Shown: positions 51,301 through 63,600, counted from the stretch's first letter. The stretch: 64,000 bases of DNA from an uncultured Gammaproteobacteria bacterium (GCA_965230895.1 OZ246394.1:1441887-1505886); one strand, 5' to 3'. The notes: generated by a model not told the origin, from the sequence alone. Numbers and translations are program-made.

Positions 51301-53958
51301 GTAACGTTGCAGAATAAAGTCTATTACGCTCGTCTTAATACCGATGGAACACTTGGTTCATGGCAGACTGGTACAAATCTTCCTCAAGCGATCCAATCAC
51401 AATCTTCAGTGGTTGCAAATGGTTATTTGTACATGCTTGGAGGATCAAATAACGTTATCAACAACAACATCAATACTATTTATTACACAAAGATCAATGC
51501 GGATGGTTCGATCGGAGCGTGGGTAACAAATGGAACAAACCTTCCTGCTGCTACTCGCGGTCATACATCTGTTGTCGCAAATGGATATGTTTATATGATT
51601 GGTGGTAATGCAAGTGGTGGAACGACAAATGTTTACTATGCAAAGCTCAACGGTGACGGTTCGGTAGGATCATGGACTTCAACCAATGGGCTCCCAGCAG
51701 CAAGAGTTGGTCATTCTTCGATGGTCGCAAATGGTTTTGTCTATGCTGTCGGTGGAGACGATACAAGTAATGCGCAAGATGAAGTGTATTATGCGAAATT
51801 AAATGATAATGGATCTCTTGGGACATGGTCAACCAATCAATATCTGCTTCCGGGAGTTCGTGGCAATATTTCGAAGAATGGTGTTATCGAAAATGGTTAT
51901 ATGTACGTTCTCGGCGGATCTACGACGACAAGTGGTACAAGCGGTATCCAAAGTACTGTGTACTACGCAAGTACCGCCAGAATTTCAATGAATGCGAACT
52001 TGGATTTGATTGGATTGTCCGGAGGAAATATCGCTTCAGCATCAGGTATGGTAGGCAACGGATCAGTTGGCGGAAGTATCTATGCTGGAAATATCTTTAG
52101 TAATGGTAGTCTTACTGTCGCAGGAAGTGCTCAATTATGGAATGGACTTTCAGTCAATGGTAATCAGACATTGAATGGTTCATTGAATATCTTTGGTTCA
52201 AATGGCACAACGCCTGCTGCTTCAGTGTCGGCTAGTACTGCAGGTGCGGCGATGGTAGTCGATAACACTGGCGTGGGAGATCTCTTTACAGCCTCTAAAT
52301 CCGGTGCGACAAAATTTGTTATCAAAAACAACGGAAATGTCGGTATTGGGACTGATAATCCTACGTTCCCATTGCAAGTTGAAGGAATATCTTCACTTAA
52401 TTATGTTACGAATCCAAATATCTATGGTGTGAATATCGGTGGAGGTATCTTGTTCTCTCAATACAATACAGGTACAGCGGAAAATGTATACCTTAAAGTT
52501 TGGGAAGCAAACGCTGGATTCGTATTTGAAAATAACGGTGCAGCGACAAATGAAATCGCGAGACTTACAGGTACTGGATCATTTGGACTTGGAACAAGTA
52601 ACTTTACCAACTTGCCAGACGGCTCGCTTCACCTTGGGAATGGTGCAATCTGTGTTGACGATGGAGGTAGTAATTGTGACGATGCATCGAGAGTTGCGGG
52701 CAGAATCTACGCAGAATCAAGTACTGTTACTGCAATTGATTTGGCTGAAAACTATCCTTCAAAAGACAACACAATGGAACCTGGAGACGTAGTAATTGCT
52801 GATCCAAACAATACTGAATATGTGAAGCGCTCTGAAGGTTCGTATCAGGGAAGTGTGATCGGTATTATTTCTACTAAGCCTGGTATCCTTCTTGGAGGAT
52901 TTGGTGATGAAGAAAAACGATTTGGTAATGACAAGAAGTATCCAATCGCTCTTGCCGGAAGAATCCCTACAAAAGTAAGTACAGAAAATGGTCCAATCAA
53001 ACCTGGAGATTATCTTACCTCAAGTAGCATCCCAGGTGTCGCTATGAAGGCAACCCAAGCGGGTACAACCATTGCAAAAGCTGTTGAAGCATACGATAAC
53101 TCTGATCCTCGAGTTGTCGGCAAAGTTGTCGCTTTGGTCAACCCATCCTGGTATGACCCACGAGCAAGTTTGAATAGTGATGGCAATATCACTGTTGATG
53201 GTAAGCAGTTCAATCCACAACTTGCACAAGATCAGAACACTGCAATGTCTGATTACTCATTCAATGCAAGGACAGCGACCTCTTCAGCTTTGACTGATGT
53301 GACGAATAAGACAAATGTCCTGCAACAGATGCTATCTGTATTGACGCAACGAGTGGATACGTTAGAAACCAATGCAAGTAGCTCTGCATTTATGACAAGT
53401 GCTCCTGGTGGATTTGTATCATCATCGGCTGCAGAATTAGACCTCGAAAAGCTTGATGTCAACAAACTTACAGTCACTGATACATTGGCTGTTGTAGGGC
53501 GTACAACGCTTGCTGACGTAGGTGTTACTGGAAAGGTGAATATTGGGCTACTCAGCATTGAAGGACTTGATGATGAGGGTTCTGCAGCGATCAATACATC
53601 AGTTGGAACGTTGCGTTTGCAATCAAATGGCTTGAATGGCATTGACATACTCAATGGCAAGATGACAATTGATGCCAAAGGTAACCTTAAGACCGTAGGG
53701 GAGATAACAGCAAAGAAAGTTAATATCGATACAGAAGAAGTAGCGAGTGCTTCTCTTGGTGAGGTCATCCTCAAGTCAGGTCAGACGAAGGTGACCGTTA
53801 AGACAACAGCGCTCTCTGAGAAGTCCAAGATCTTTGTTCAAGCTGAGGAAGTGCCTGTTACGACGGCGGTAAAGAAAGTCTCTAAGGATACCTTTGAGAT
53901 TAGAGTTCGATCTGCTGAAGACTCAGACGTCAGCTTAAGCTGGTGGATTGTTAACTAG
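45391..53958 (+). CDS. Giant surface protein 2 (2,855 aa): N-terminal MerR-type HTH, TM helix, G/T/S/N-rich repeats, six-blade Kelch propeller, unique C-terminal domain
   Basis: N-terminus LTIQEAATFFRVSTRTLRRWEEKGYLTSHRTFGNQRRYSKAQL. TM MTFGAVIAIILLSTIAVIGF. Repeats share the GQCLxSNGGGAP(T/S)WGxC and LDVRGNSGTxP motifs with gene 1. Kelch blades at about 51055..51975. Confidence 0.85.
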   Translation: MNNEYLTIQEAATFFRVSTRTLRRWEEKGYLTSHRTFGNQRRYSKAQLSQLLGAAAAAGEADVQVSEQTNTAKPFGFQSQPQYVPQKASIAHPNPIPVHSIHKQIQPEPTHIQTLKPEHRFHKPQSAMTFGAVIAIILLSTIAVIGFSNAQTIDEKSQAFISFLKPGETVEQVGGQSVLAAEDRISSLQLQVDVPAVFAKKVTFLDAFEIKNSLTVNSASNLFGGIKTNNKDIDAGTGQLTASNVVYSVLSGTNISITGDPQNPVISAQGGVNSVQGLTGTIAFTSGNGIDLDGLEIVNTGVLSLQGESGDVAFTGGTGIGVNGLTITNTDPGSAQKIFGTIRVGSTNISAGSNTDTFTISAGAGITLAPDAGNKTLTITSNAAGVLSGMTTNGVLYATSATTATSTGEAPNGFILKSMGPGNAPQWVAPGTVLGYLPFDFLTDGTNTTANMIVGTGASLGYTGSGTINASSLQNATWVAPGAIGSSTPNTGAFTALTATTLNGLTVTANGANTLNIATGKTITLNNSLSLSGTDGTVFTFPSANDTLVGRNSTDTLTNKTIAAGSNTITGLTNSNLSGSAGITNANLQNSSLTVTAGSGLSGGGLVSLGGSVSLQNAGVTSATAGTGISINVATGDITVTNNGVTSAVAGTGIGVSGPTGAITFTNNGVTSLTGTANQVNVSGSTGGITLSLPQNIHTAATPTFAGLTLSNLTANGGILYTNGTGTVAQTSVGSPGQCLTSNGGGAPSWSTCAGSSYWNLSNGTLSPVNNTLDLLVGGTSSNSAKFAVLNVNSGTPVASISAGSAGAAYLTATGTLQTTANQTLSLGGNTTGNIILNGDGSNNVGIGTLNPTFGLDVATVNGARILFDDGLGDPRIHFSQVGDNPTQDFYRWTGSGSNYFASRFNVSPGTGDGIFNIQGANDTNMGSHTFSDLLSIVLGGPNQGNVGLGNSAPSQFLDMVRNQNESTMVSLANTDSGAFAYTMYRVANDTGNGEFGIGSSGNNDFAFANRAYLYASSATNGLTLAADGSGDDIRFYTGGYAPTDERMRIDSAGNVGIGASLPLATLDVRGNSGTTPVTSVSGITAQATLLVDNNGVGDLFTASKSGATRFSIANNGNLIATGTLTGLTGLTTSGTVTLSSLTTDGGIMFTNGSGTISQTSAGGLGQCLMSSGGGVPTWGTCAGGTNLWQSNNGTISPFSSALDLLVGGTSTASAKFRFINANSGTPTASISANSGNNAAYLSGTGILSTTNAQTLTLGSATTGNVVVDSGSGLITLSDNTTVAGNLNLQTGNAFQINGTNVLTNNTLGSGVTTSSLTTVGALANGSIANGFGTIFTSNTIQGSNITASGTTGFTASGNGAGLTFSGTGNHDITASSGTLRMGDVTFNGVITTGLTGNNAALYAVSGTGTLAGATTNTQNLCLLSGVSAPAWGSCPIGANYWNQNNGALSPMNSTVDFLLGGQASSSAKFAVLGMNSGTPTASVSATSTGNGLSLAGDGTIQTLRNNTLTLGGSTTGNILLMPTNGSGRVGIGTATPQSTLDVNGTVRFTNQLNFTDAVFGQIQTLVGNAYLDFKTAAGTGAITFTPNATEAMRISPNGMVGIGTNGLLTPFATLDVRGRSGTSPIASLSGATSQASLVIDQSGVGDLFTASKSGLTRFVIDNAGNVKVGTQTSGASLQVTGMSGYGVMIGGGAGGGNTIDGTLNGVMNQPLWLNSASAQDVYIAPNGGSVGIGTSAPAGALDVRGNSGTAPAASFSGQTSRAAMVVDNNGTGDIFTASKSGASKFTILNNGNLQVNNYTTNGGVLYTNASGVVGQTAAGSGGQCLQSNGGGAPTWGSCTGGMVNYWQQNNGAVSPANSTNDFIIGGTATSSARFSVTGMSYTLGGVSSFNSANALPSGRTFNGVVSANGYIYSIGGYNGGGQSTVYYASLNADGSVGDWRTTSALPTSLSNATAVVYNGYVYVAGGQVSVTLQNKVYYARLNTDGTLGSWQTGTNLPQAIQSQSSVVANGYLYMLGGSNNVINNNINTIYYTKINADGSIGAWVTNGTNLPAATRGHTSVVANGYVYMIGGNASGGTTNVYYAKLNGDGSVGSWTSTNGLPAARVGHSSMVANGFVYAVGGDDTSNAQDEVYYAKLNDNGSLGTWSTNQYLLPGVRGNISKNGVIENGYMYVLGGSTTTSGTSGIQSTVYYASTARISMNANLDLIGLSGGNIASASGMVGNGSVGGSIYAGNIFSNGSLTVAGSAQLWNGLSVNGNQTLNGSLNIFGSNGTTPAASVSASTAGAAMVVDNTGVGDLFTASKSGATKFVIKNNGNVGIGTDNPTFPLQVEGISSLNYVTNPNIYGVNIGGGILFSQYNTGTAENVYLKVWEANAGFVFENNGAATNEIARLTGTGSFGLGTSNFTNLPDGSLHLGNGAICVDDGGSNCDDASRVAGRIYAESSTVTAIDLAENYPSKDNTMEPGDVVIADPNNTEYVKRSEGSYQGSVIGIISTKPGILLGGFGDEEKRFGNDKKYPIALAGRIPTKVSTENGPIKPGDYLTSSSIPGVAMKATQAGTTIAKAVEAYDNSDPRVVGKVVALVNPSWYDPRASLNSDGNITVDGKQFNPQLAQDQNTAMSDYSFNARTATSSALTDVTNKTNVLQQMLSVLTQRVDTLETNASSSAFMTSAPGGFVSSSAAELDLEKLDVNKLTVTDTLAVVGRTTLADVGVTGKVNIGLLSIEGLDDEGSAAINTSVGTLRLQSNGLNGIDILNGKMTIDAKGNLKTVGEITAKKVNIDTEEVASASLGEVILKSGQTKVTVKTTALSEKSKIFVQAEEVPVTTAVKKVSKDTFEIRVRSAEDSDVSLSWWIVN
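51055..51975 (+). other. Six-blade Kelch-type beta-propeller module inside giant protein 2
   Basis: Six repeats of the pattern NGY(I/V/L/M)Y..GG....(T/N).VYYA.LN.DGS.G.W.....LP.....(S/T).VV. Confidence 0.75.
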
Positions 53959-54486
53959 GTAGATTACTTGCTATAGCAATAATTGAAACTTATTCATTAA
54001 AGCTAAATATAGTTGTATTAGCATACTATATGAAAAATTCATTCTTTTAGAAATTTAAGATGAGGAATTGCTCTTTTTCTCAGATCTTCACACTGCTTCT
54101 TAGTTATTCTTTGGAGTAATAATTATTCGTTATTGAAAGTACTGAGAAACATCAAGAACATTAAATTATCTCCAAGGTTTTGGTGATAACATTATTTACC
54201 TTTTGATACAGATAGTCATATTGCTTTTTTCTCTACATTGAATTGGCTTTTCTCTCGTATTTTTCTTCAAAGCTAAATATCTATCTTCCAAAATTCCATC
54301 AAAAGTAGAGAAGTCTTATCTCAACAATAAGTGGTACAAAAATATGTTAAATGTATCAAAGTGGGTAGTAAATTTTTCGTGAAAAAAAACTTGAGTTTTG
54401 AAGCTGTGAAAAAACTCTATATTCTTACAAAACTTCATCTTTATAAAAACTTGGACATTGAGGATATTGAGGCTAATAACGAGAAT

Positions 54487-54575
54487 TTGATGAGATTAAG
54501 ATAAGATTAATTTGTGCTTGACAGGCTTAATTAATATATGTAGTAATATATATACTAGCAAAAGTTGGACATTAG
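54487..54575 (+). promoter_or_regulatory. Conserved promoter/operator module, copy 3 (TTGACA 54518-54523; 18-mer 54530-54547)
   Basis: Sequence identity to copies 1 and 2. Upstream GAGATTAAGATAAGATTA repeats. Confidence 0.65.
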
Positions 54576-54606
54576 GCAGGGTGTCCAAGTTCCTAGAAGA
54601 CCTGCC

Positions 54607-57600
54607 ATGAAGGATCAAACTCTAACAATTCAAGAAGCTGCAAAATTCCTTGGAGTAGCTACCAAGACTCTCCGCCGATGGGACGAGAGTGGGCGATTAA
54701 AGCCTGAGCGAACAGTTGGGAACCAACGTCGCTACTCACTCTCAGAACTTGAAGCATTCCAACAAACTAAGCCCCAATTTCCAGTTATTTCCGATCCTGC
54801 TTCTGAAGCTCCTCTACCTTCCCATATTGCTGTCGCACAAGAGGCTGTAGATTTACAAGCAAAAAATGCAGTTAATGAACAGCCACAATTCTCTGGAGTT
54901 GTTGATGCTCAAGTTTCCAAGACGGAAGTAAAAGAAGAAGTTTCGAAGCCACAGCCTTTTGGTTTGGGAACTGTACCAATGCAAAGTTCACTTGAGAGAA
55001 AGGAATCAAATGATAACTCTAACGAATCAAAAGGCATCAAGATTGGTTTCTTTTCTCATCCTCATTATGCGATGGCTCTGGCTGGCGCTTTAGCTCTGCT
55101 TCTCCTTTTCTTCACCTTTGGCTTCATTAATGCTCAGAATGCAAATGACACTGATCTCGCTTTCCAGAATAAGGCTGTTCTTGCTGCAGGGGATAAGACG
55201 CCGTTGATTGTGCTTCGGGTGAACGTTCCAAGTGTCTTTGGAAAACAAGCAACCTTCCTCGACAGTGTAAATATCCAGAAGGGTCTTACGGTTGGTGGCG
55301 TGGCTACATTGAGTGGAGGTGTGGTCACAAATAACGCAGATATCAATGCTGGAACTGGTCGACTGACTGCATCAAATGTAATCTATTCATTGCTTGCTGG
55401 ATCAAATATCTCAATCACCGGTGATCCTCAAAATCCTACAATCGCTGCAGATTTTGGGAGTGGCTTGGTTTCATCCTTCCAAGGTGAAACCGGTGCTGTC
55501 ACATTGCTTCAGGGTTCAGGTATTGGGCTTGACGGATTAACGATAACAAACACTGGTGTACTCTCTGTTCAAGGCCAAACAGGGTCTGTTACCTTCACTG
55601 GCGGCAATGGAGTAAGTGTCTCAGGCACCACGATCAACAATACTGATCCTGGATCTGCACAAAATATCTTCAAGAGTATTATTGCTGGCTCAACGACTAT
55701 AGACGCAAATTCAAATAATGATTCAGTCACATTTGCAGCTGGTTCAGGCATTACTATAACAGGTAATGCGGGTAGTAAGACTGTGACAATTACGAGCAAT
55801 GCTAGTGGTACATTATCAGGTTTAACCACAAATGGCGTACTCTACGCAACCGATCCAAACAATGCTTCAAGTACAACAGCTGGTACAACTGGCACAGTGC
55901 TCAAAGGTGTTACCGCTGGAGCGCCTATCTTTGGAGCAGTAGATTTATCAGCTGATGTGACAGGCCTTCTGGCTGTTAATCGGGGCGGTACAGGTTTGAC
56001 TACAACACCAACCAATGGCCAACTTCTTATCGGCAATGGTGCTGGTTACAGTCTTGGAACAATCACTGCTGGAGCAGGAATCGGTGTCAGCAATGGTGCA
56101 GGCACAATTTCACTTACGAACAACGGCGTTTTGTCTATAACGGGCACAGCGAATCAGATAACCACTTCAGGAAGTACTGGTGCGATTACTCTTTCATTGC
56201 CTCAAGATATTGCAACAAGTTCAAATCCGATCTTTTCATCGCTCAGTCTGACGGCCAATACCAATCAACTGACTTTGGGTACTGGGAACACTGGAGTTTT
56301 GACACTTAGCGCCTTGTCCGGCAATCGAACTTATACATTGCCTGATGCGTCTGGAGAAATCTGTCTCTCGATTGGTAATTGTCCGGGAGGTGGAGGAGGA
56401 ACCATTGGAGGATCGGGAACGACGAATTACCTCCCGCGCTTTACTAGCGCAACCAATCTGGGCAACTCGCTCATTTACGATACCGGAACGAAGATTGGTA
56501 TAGGCACAACCAGCCCGCAAGGGCTTTTTTCCGTTGTTGGGGGTGCTGCTGGACAAGCCTTAGTTAGCCTCGACGAAACAGGTGATCAAAATATCTTGGT
56601 CGGGTCAGCCTCTGGCACAACACGCTTTGTCTTCGATCGAGCAGGCAATCTCAACATCAATGGCGGTTCGTATCAGATTGGAGGTTCAAATGTTTTGACC
56701 TCAACGACATTGGGGTCAAGTGTCACTGGATCCTCTTTGACGAGTGTCAGTACGCTTAATGCTGGCTCAATAGCTTCAGGCTTTGGTTCAATTGACGTGG
56801 GAGCAGATTCGATTTCTGGTGGAGACATCACTGCAACCGGTTCAACTGGAATTACTATAACAGGCAATGGAGCTGGATTGACCTTTTCAGGCACGGGTAA
56901 TCATGTCATAAATGCATCATCTGGAGTACTTCAATTTGGGGCAGCTACGTTGACCGGTGCAATCACGGGTAATAATCAAAATATCACTGGACTTTCCAAT
57001 TTATCAGCTGCTGGAACGATCACATTTAGTGGACTATCAACAGGAGTAGTGAAAAGCAATGGTTCGGGTGTCCTTTCATCAAGTGCGGTTGGCTTGAACA
57101 CAAGTGATGTCACCGGAATTCTTGGTCCAACAAATGGTGGTACTGGCTTGAACAGTTACAATGCAGGAGATCTCATTTACGCATCAGGATCAAATACACT
57201 AGCTGCACGGGCAATTGGAACAAATGGACAAATTTTGACTGTTTCCGGTGGCGTACCAGTCTGGGCTGATGCTGGCGGACTTATCAATTTCTGGCAAAGA
57301 GCAAATGGTGCAATTTCACCGCTTAACATCACAGACGATTTCCTCATCGGTGGAACTGCGACATCATCAGCTCGATTCCAAATTTCTGGAACAACCGGTG
57401 ATGCTTCAACTTCCGGTAGCATAACTTTCAGAAATGGCGGATCAATCCAGACAACTTCTAATCAATCATTTACGATTGGTGGTAGTACAACAGGCAACAT
57501 TACACTTGCTCCGTTAAATGGCAATGGTGTCGTCACTGTCAATGGAGACCTCAATCTTGCTTCAGGAAAGGCTTTGCAGATTAACGGATCAAGTGTCCTC

Positions 57601-60600
57601 ACTGCAAGTACATTGGGTTCAAGTGTCATTAATTCCTCACTGACTTCAGTTGGGGCGTTAACAGGTGGATCAATCGCTTCAGGTTTTGGAACGATCACAA
57701 CAACCAATACCATCACCGGCACGACATTAAACGGGACAACAGGTATCAATACTGGCGCATCAGCTGGAACACAGCGAATCGATGCATCAGGCAACTTGGT
57801 TAATATAGGAAACATTACCGCGAGCGGGACAATTACCTTTAGTGGCTTATCAACGAACAATGGCTTGCTTTACACCAATGGTTCAGGAGTTGTTTCTCAA
57901 GCAGCAGCTGGAACATCAGGCCAACTCCTTGTTGCAAATGGTTCTGGTGTCCCAACATTTGTGACACTTTCAAGTGATGCAACATTGGCTGCAAATGGTA
58001 CGTTAACAATCGGTGCTGATGCTGTAGCGTTGGGAACGGATACTACCGGAAATTATGTCGCGACATTATCTTCAGGAAATGGTATCTCAGCGGCAGCAAC
58101 GGGAGAAGGTTCCACTCCGACGATTGCGCTTGCAGCATTGACAGCTGATTGGAATCAGACAGGTGGATTTGACATCGTCTTGGGAAATGCTTCAAGTGAG
58201 CTTCGAATCATGGAATCATCAGGAGCTACATATTACGGAACAATTGATGTCGGAGATCTGACCAATAATCAAACATATACGTTCCCAGATGCATCTGGTA
58301 CCGTTTGTCTGCTTGAAGCTGCAAATTGTACAGGTGGAGCAAGCAGTTCTAAGTGGCAGAGAAATGGTACAGTGCTTGCACCATTAACAGCCTCAGATCA
58401 AGTTGTTCTCGGTGGTAATACTACGACTGACTTCCAATTTGAAGTAAATGGATATCGAGTCGGTAAAGCATTGGTTTCATTTAATCAGACAGGTGATCAA
58501 AACATACTTACTGCAAGTTCATCAGGTGTGACAAAGTTCAACCTTACGAACACCGGCAATATAGAATTCGCAGGCAATACAAGTTTCCTTAATACACTTA
58601 CCTCAGTGGCGACTGCAAATAGAACATACACATTGCCTGATGCTGATGGCACAATTTGTTTGACGACAGGTAATTGTGCTGGTGTCGGTGGAGGACTTAC
58701 TGGTGCAGGAACTTCAGGACAAATTGCATTCTTCAATGGCACAGGAACTTTGACTTCTGAGACTTCAGGATTTGCCTGGGATGCAACCAACAATAAATTA
58801 GGTATCGGCAATGACACGCCGACAGGTAAATTGGATGTTACTGGCGCAAATCTTGGAAAAGCGCTTGTCATCTTCAATGAAACAGGCGATCAAGATATTC
58901 TAGTTGGATCTGCTTCTGGAACAACACGATTTGTCTTTGACCGAACAGGTAACTTAAATCTTAATGGTGGAGCGTATCAAATCGGAGGGGCAACCGTGCT
59001 TAGTTCTACAACGCTTGGATCAAGTGTTGTTTCATCTTCACTGACATCCGTTGGTGCATTAACTGGCGGATCAATTGCATCTGGATTTGGGACAATCGCA
59101 ACAAATAACACCATTACCGGTACTACTATAAATGGTACGACAGGAATTAATACTGGAGCAGGTGCTGGTACACAGCGAATTGATAACAATGGTAATCTCT
59201 CAAATATCGGAACGATTAATGCTTCAGGTGCTTTGACCTTTGGCAACTACACAACCAACGGTGGACTCTTATATACAAATGGTTCTGGAGTCGTTGGTCA
59301 AACTGGTGCAGGAACATCAGGACAAGTGCTCCAATCCAATGCAGGTGGTGCTCCAACATGGGTTGATGCAGCAACACTCGGCACGAATTATTGGCAGCGA
59401 ATTGCTGGTACAGTAAGTCCACTCAATATTACTGATGATCTTTTGATCGGTGGAACTGCGACAAGTTCTGCAAAGTTCCAAGTATTTGCAAATACAGGAA
59501 ATGCAACAACATCAGGTAATCTAACATTCAATGCAGCAAGTGCAATTCAGACGACACGAAATCAATCACTCACAATCGGAGGCGACACAACAGGCAATAT
59601 CACACTTTCACCTTTGAATGGTAACGGTACCGTGACTTCAACTGGAGACTTGAATCTTGCAACGGGTAAAGGTTACCAAATCAATGGAGCAAATGTTTTG
59701 ACTGCAACAGCACTTGGATCAAGTGTGGTTTCATCATCGCTTACATCGGTTGGTGCGTTAACTGGCGGATCAATTGGATCTGGATTTGGAACAATCGCAA
59801 CAAGTAACACAATCACTGGTACAACATTGAATGGTACGACAGGAATTAATACAGGAGCAGGAGCGGGAATACTCCGAATAGATAATAATGGCAATCTTTC
59901 TAACATCGGTACAATCGATTCCACATACTTGGATGCTACTGGTAATAATGTTAACTTGGCTGCATCAACCAATTTGCAATTCAATGGAACAACCGTTATT
60001 AATAGTTCACGAGAACTTAGTAACTTGACTGGATTGTCTACAAGTCTTAATCCGACTGCAGCAAATACGTATGCACTTGGTACAGGAACTGGCAATCAAT
60101 TCTCAACAATTTATGGACAGGCTTTGTATCAAAATGGCAATCAAGTTTGTGATACTTCAGGTAACTGTTCTGGATTGTCAGTTAATTATTGGGATCAGGC
60201 AAATGGTGTTATCAATCCAAAGAATGCAACGCTCGATTTCTTGGTAGGTGGCAACGCTACTGCTTCAGCTAAATTTGCAGTTTTGAACATTAACTCTGGC
60301 ATTCCAACAGCATCTGTTTCAGCAGGGACAAATGGTGCTGCTTATTTGACTGCAGCTGGAACGTTGCAAACTACGGCAAATCAGACTTTGACTATCGGAG
60401 GAAATTCAACTGGAAATATTATTCTTTCACCACTTGGTGGTTCAGGTACGGTTACTTCAACAGGCGATTTGAATTTGGCAAGTGGTAAGCAATTCCTTAT
60501 TAATGGTGCATCTGTTTTGACATCAACAGCACTTGGTACAGGAGTTGTTTCATCATCCCTCACAAGTGTCGGCGCATTAACTGGAGGATCAATCGGATCA

Positions 60601-63600
60601 GGTTTCGGTACGATCGCAACTGCAAATACCATCACTGGTACAACAGTAAATGGTACGACAGGAATTAATACTGGAGCAGGTGCTGGAACACTCCGAATCG
60701 ATAACAATGGTAACCTTTCAAACATTGGCACAATCAATGCAAGTGGTGCGATTACCTTTAGCAACTTGGGTGCGGGTATCGTGAAATCAACAGGTGGTGG
60801 ACTGCTTTCATCTTCTGCATTGAATTTGGCAAGTGGTACAGAAGTTACTGGAACGCTCGGAGCAGGAAATGGTGGTACAGGATTCAATTCTTATGCAACT
60901 GGTGATCTCCTGGTTGGAAATGGTTCAAGTACATTGAGTAAGTTGGCTATTGGCACAGACGGGCAAATTCTCTCAATAGCTGGTGGAACTCCTTCATGGA
61001 TTTCAAGTTCATCAATTAATTATTGGCAGCGAGCAAATGGATCACTTGCTCCGTTAAATATTACTGATGATCTTTTGATCGGTGGCACTGCGACAAGTTC
61101 AGCGAAGTTCCATGTCTATGGTTTGACAGGGAATGCTTCAACATCTGGTACATTAACTTTTGATACCGTAGGCAATATCCAAACGACTCGAAATCAAGCA
61201 TTAACCATCGGTGGAAATGCAACAGGAAATATTGCTTTGATGCCACAAAACGGTGCAGGTATGGTCGGTATAGGTACAACAACTCCAACCAATTCACTCA
61301 CTATTGGTGATGGTGGTATTACTATTAATAGAACAGGCGGTTTGGATCCAAATCTTGTCTTCAGTACAAGTGGAACAGCTCAAGCACAGATCCGTGGTGC
61401 AACTGATGGATCACTTTCATTTACCAATGGAAATGCTGGTACAACATGGGGCATCTTTAATTCAGTTGGAAGCTTTGGACTTGGTACTGGTTCAACGCCA
61501 CTTGCACGACTTGATGTAAGGGGTAATTCAGGGACAACTCCAGTTGCATCATTCTCTGGCAACACATCAAGAGCTGCGATGCTCGTTGATAATAATGGAG
61601 TAGGCGACTTGTTCACCGCTTCAAAGAGTGGCGCTACCAAGTTTGTCATCGCAAACAATGGTAACGTCGGCATCGGTACACCAACTCCAAATTCTGCATT
61701 GAGTATCGTCAATCCGATTGCAGCACAAACAGGATTAACGATCCGCGCGAATGCCTCACAAAGTACAAATACATTTGTTATTGAAGATAGTGGTGGTACT
61801 CCACAGTTCACTATTGATCAATATGGTGGCATCTATGGCTCAAATGGATTAACAATTGATCGATATGCTGGTATCGGTACAGGTGGAAGTTCTGGAACGC
61901 AACTCCGAATTCAGACAATTACAGTCAACGATGTTGGTTTTGATACCACTGGTATGAATGGGCAAATCGCAAATCTTGCAAACTTCAATCCAGTCTTTGG
62001 TTATACAGGTGCATGGTTTGATGAATCCGCAAACTTACGTATCGGCAATGGAGCTCCTGATACAGGTAAATTAAATGTAACGGGTGCATATACAGGAAAG
62101 GCATTGGCAATTTTTAATGAGATAGGCAACCAAGATATCTTTACCGCATCAAGTGCTGGAACGACACGATTCACAATCGCAAATAATGGCACACTTACAG
62201 CATCTGCCTACACAACAGCAGGCGGACTCTTATACACAAATGGTACAGGAACAGTCGCCCAAACAGGTGCTGGCACATCCGGTCAATGTCTTTTCGGTGG
62301 TGCAACTCCTTCATGGGGAACTTGTGCAGTGGGTACGAATTATTGGAATGTTTCAAATGGTGCACTTTCTCCTGTTAATAATACCCTTGATCTGTTGATT
62401 GGAGGAACAGCTTCATCATCAGCAAAGTTTGCGTTCCTTAATGCGAATTCAGGAACTCCAACAGCAAGTATCTCTGCTAATTCTGGTGGAAATGCAACAT
62501 ACTTAACAGGAGATGGCACACTTTCTACAACATTAAATAGAACATTAAGCTTGAATCCAAACGGCGGAAATGTAGGAATCGGCACAACAAATGCTACACA
62601 AAAGCTTACGGTAAACGGAAGAATCAGAACCGATGGAGGAATGGTCTTCAATCAAGGATTGGCGCCAACAGCTAACTTCATTTATGTCGGAGGAGATACC
62701 GCGGGTGCTACCGATCAACAGTTCGGATTTGTTCTTGCAGGTGTTGGTTCTACAACTGCCGCACAAGGAGGATACTTTGTCGGTAGAGGAAATAACTTCA
62801 GTGACATTTCAAATCAAAAAGGAAATATGTATTTTGCTGCTGGGAATCCAGGTGGAGCAGGAGCACTTGAAGGATCTCTCAATTTCTTAACGGGAAACGA
62901 AGTGAATCGAATGATGATTACAAATGCCGGTACCATCGGTGTTGGCACAACAAGTCCACTTGCAACATTGGATGTCCGAGGACAAGTTGGTACCAATCCA
63001 ATTGCTTCATTCTCAGGATCAACTTCAAGAGCAGGATTGATTGTTGATAATAGCGGAACAGGGGATCTTTTCTCAGCTTCATCATCAGGACTTAATCGAT
63101 TTGTTGTGAAGCAAGATGGTAATGTGGGTATCGGTACAGCCACTCCAAATTCAAAGCTTGAGGTAGCGGGTCAAGTACGTACAAGTGGGGCATCCGGAGG
63201 ATACAGATTGGAGGCACAAGATAATGGTGGATCCTTCTATACATTATATAGTGCTTCAGGGGAATTAACATTTTATGGAGGGCTTAATGTTCGTGCAATC
63301 TTAACAGCAAGCGGCTTATTTGGCTTAGGAACAAATGTTTATGATCCACAAGCACAAATGGATATCCGAAGTACACTTGGGACGCAACCGATAGCATCAC
63401 TCTCAGGTACTACTTCACGAGCAGGTTTTGTTGTTGACAACAATGGAGTTGGAGACCTTTTCACAGCATCAAAGAGCGGCGCAACGAAGTTTACAATCTT
63501 GAACAATGGAAACATTTCAATGAACAACTACAACAACTGTGGTATGTTGACGACAGTTGGAACGGTGCTCACATGTAGCTCTGCGCCAGCAGGAAGTACA

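Noticed and set aside
52738-53958. Assigning the C-terminal domain of giant protein 2 to a phage tail-spike intramolecular chaperone (peptidase S74) or calling the giant genes prophage tail fibres
   Set aside because: I could not recognise the diagnostic S74 Ser-Lys motif or any other phage structural gene (capsid, terminase, portal, integrase) nearby. The resemblance is only compositional.
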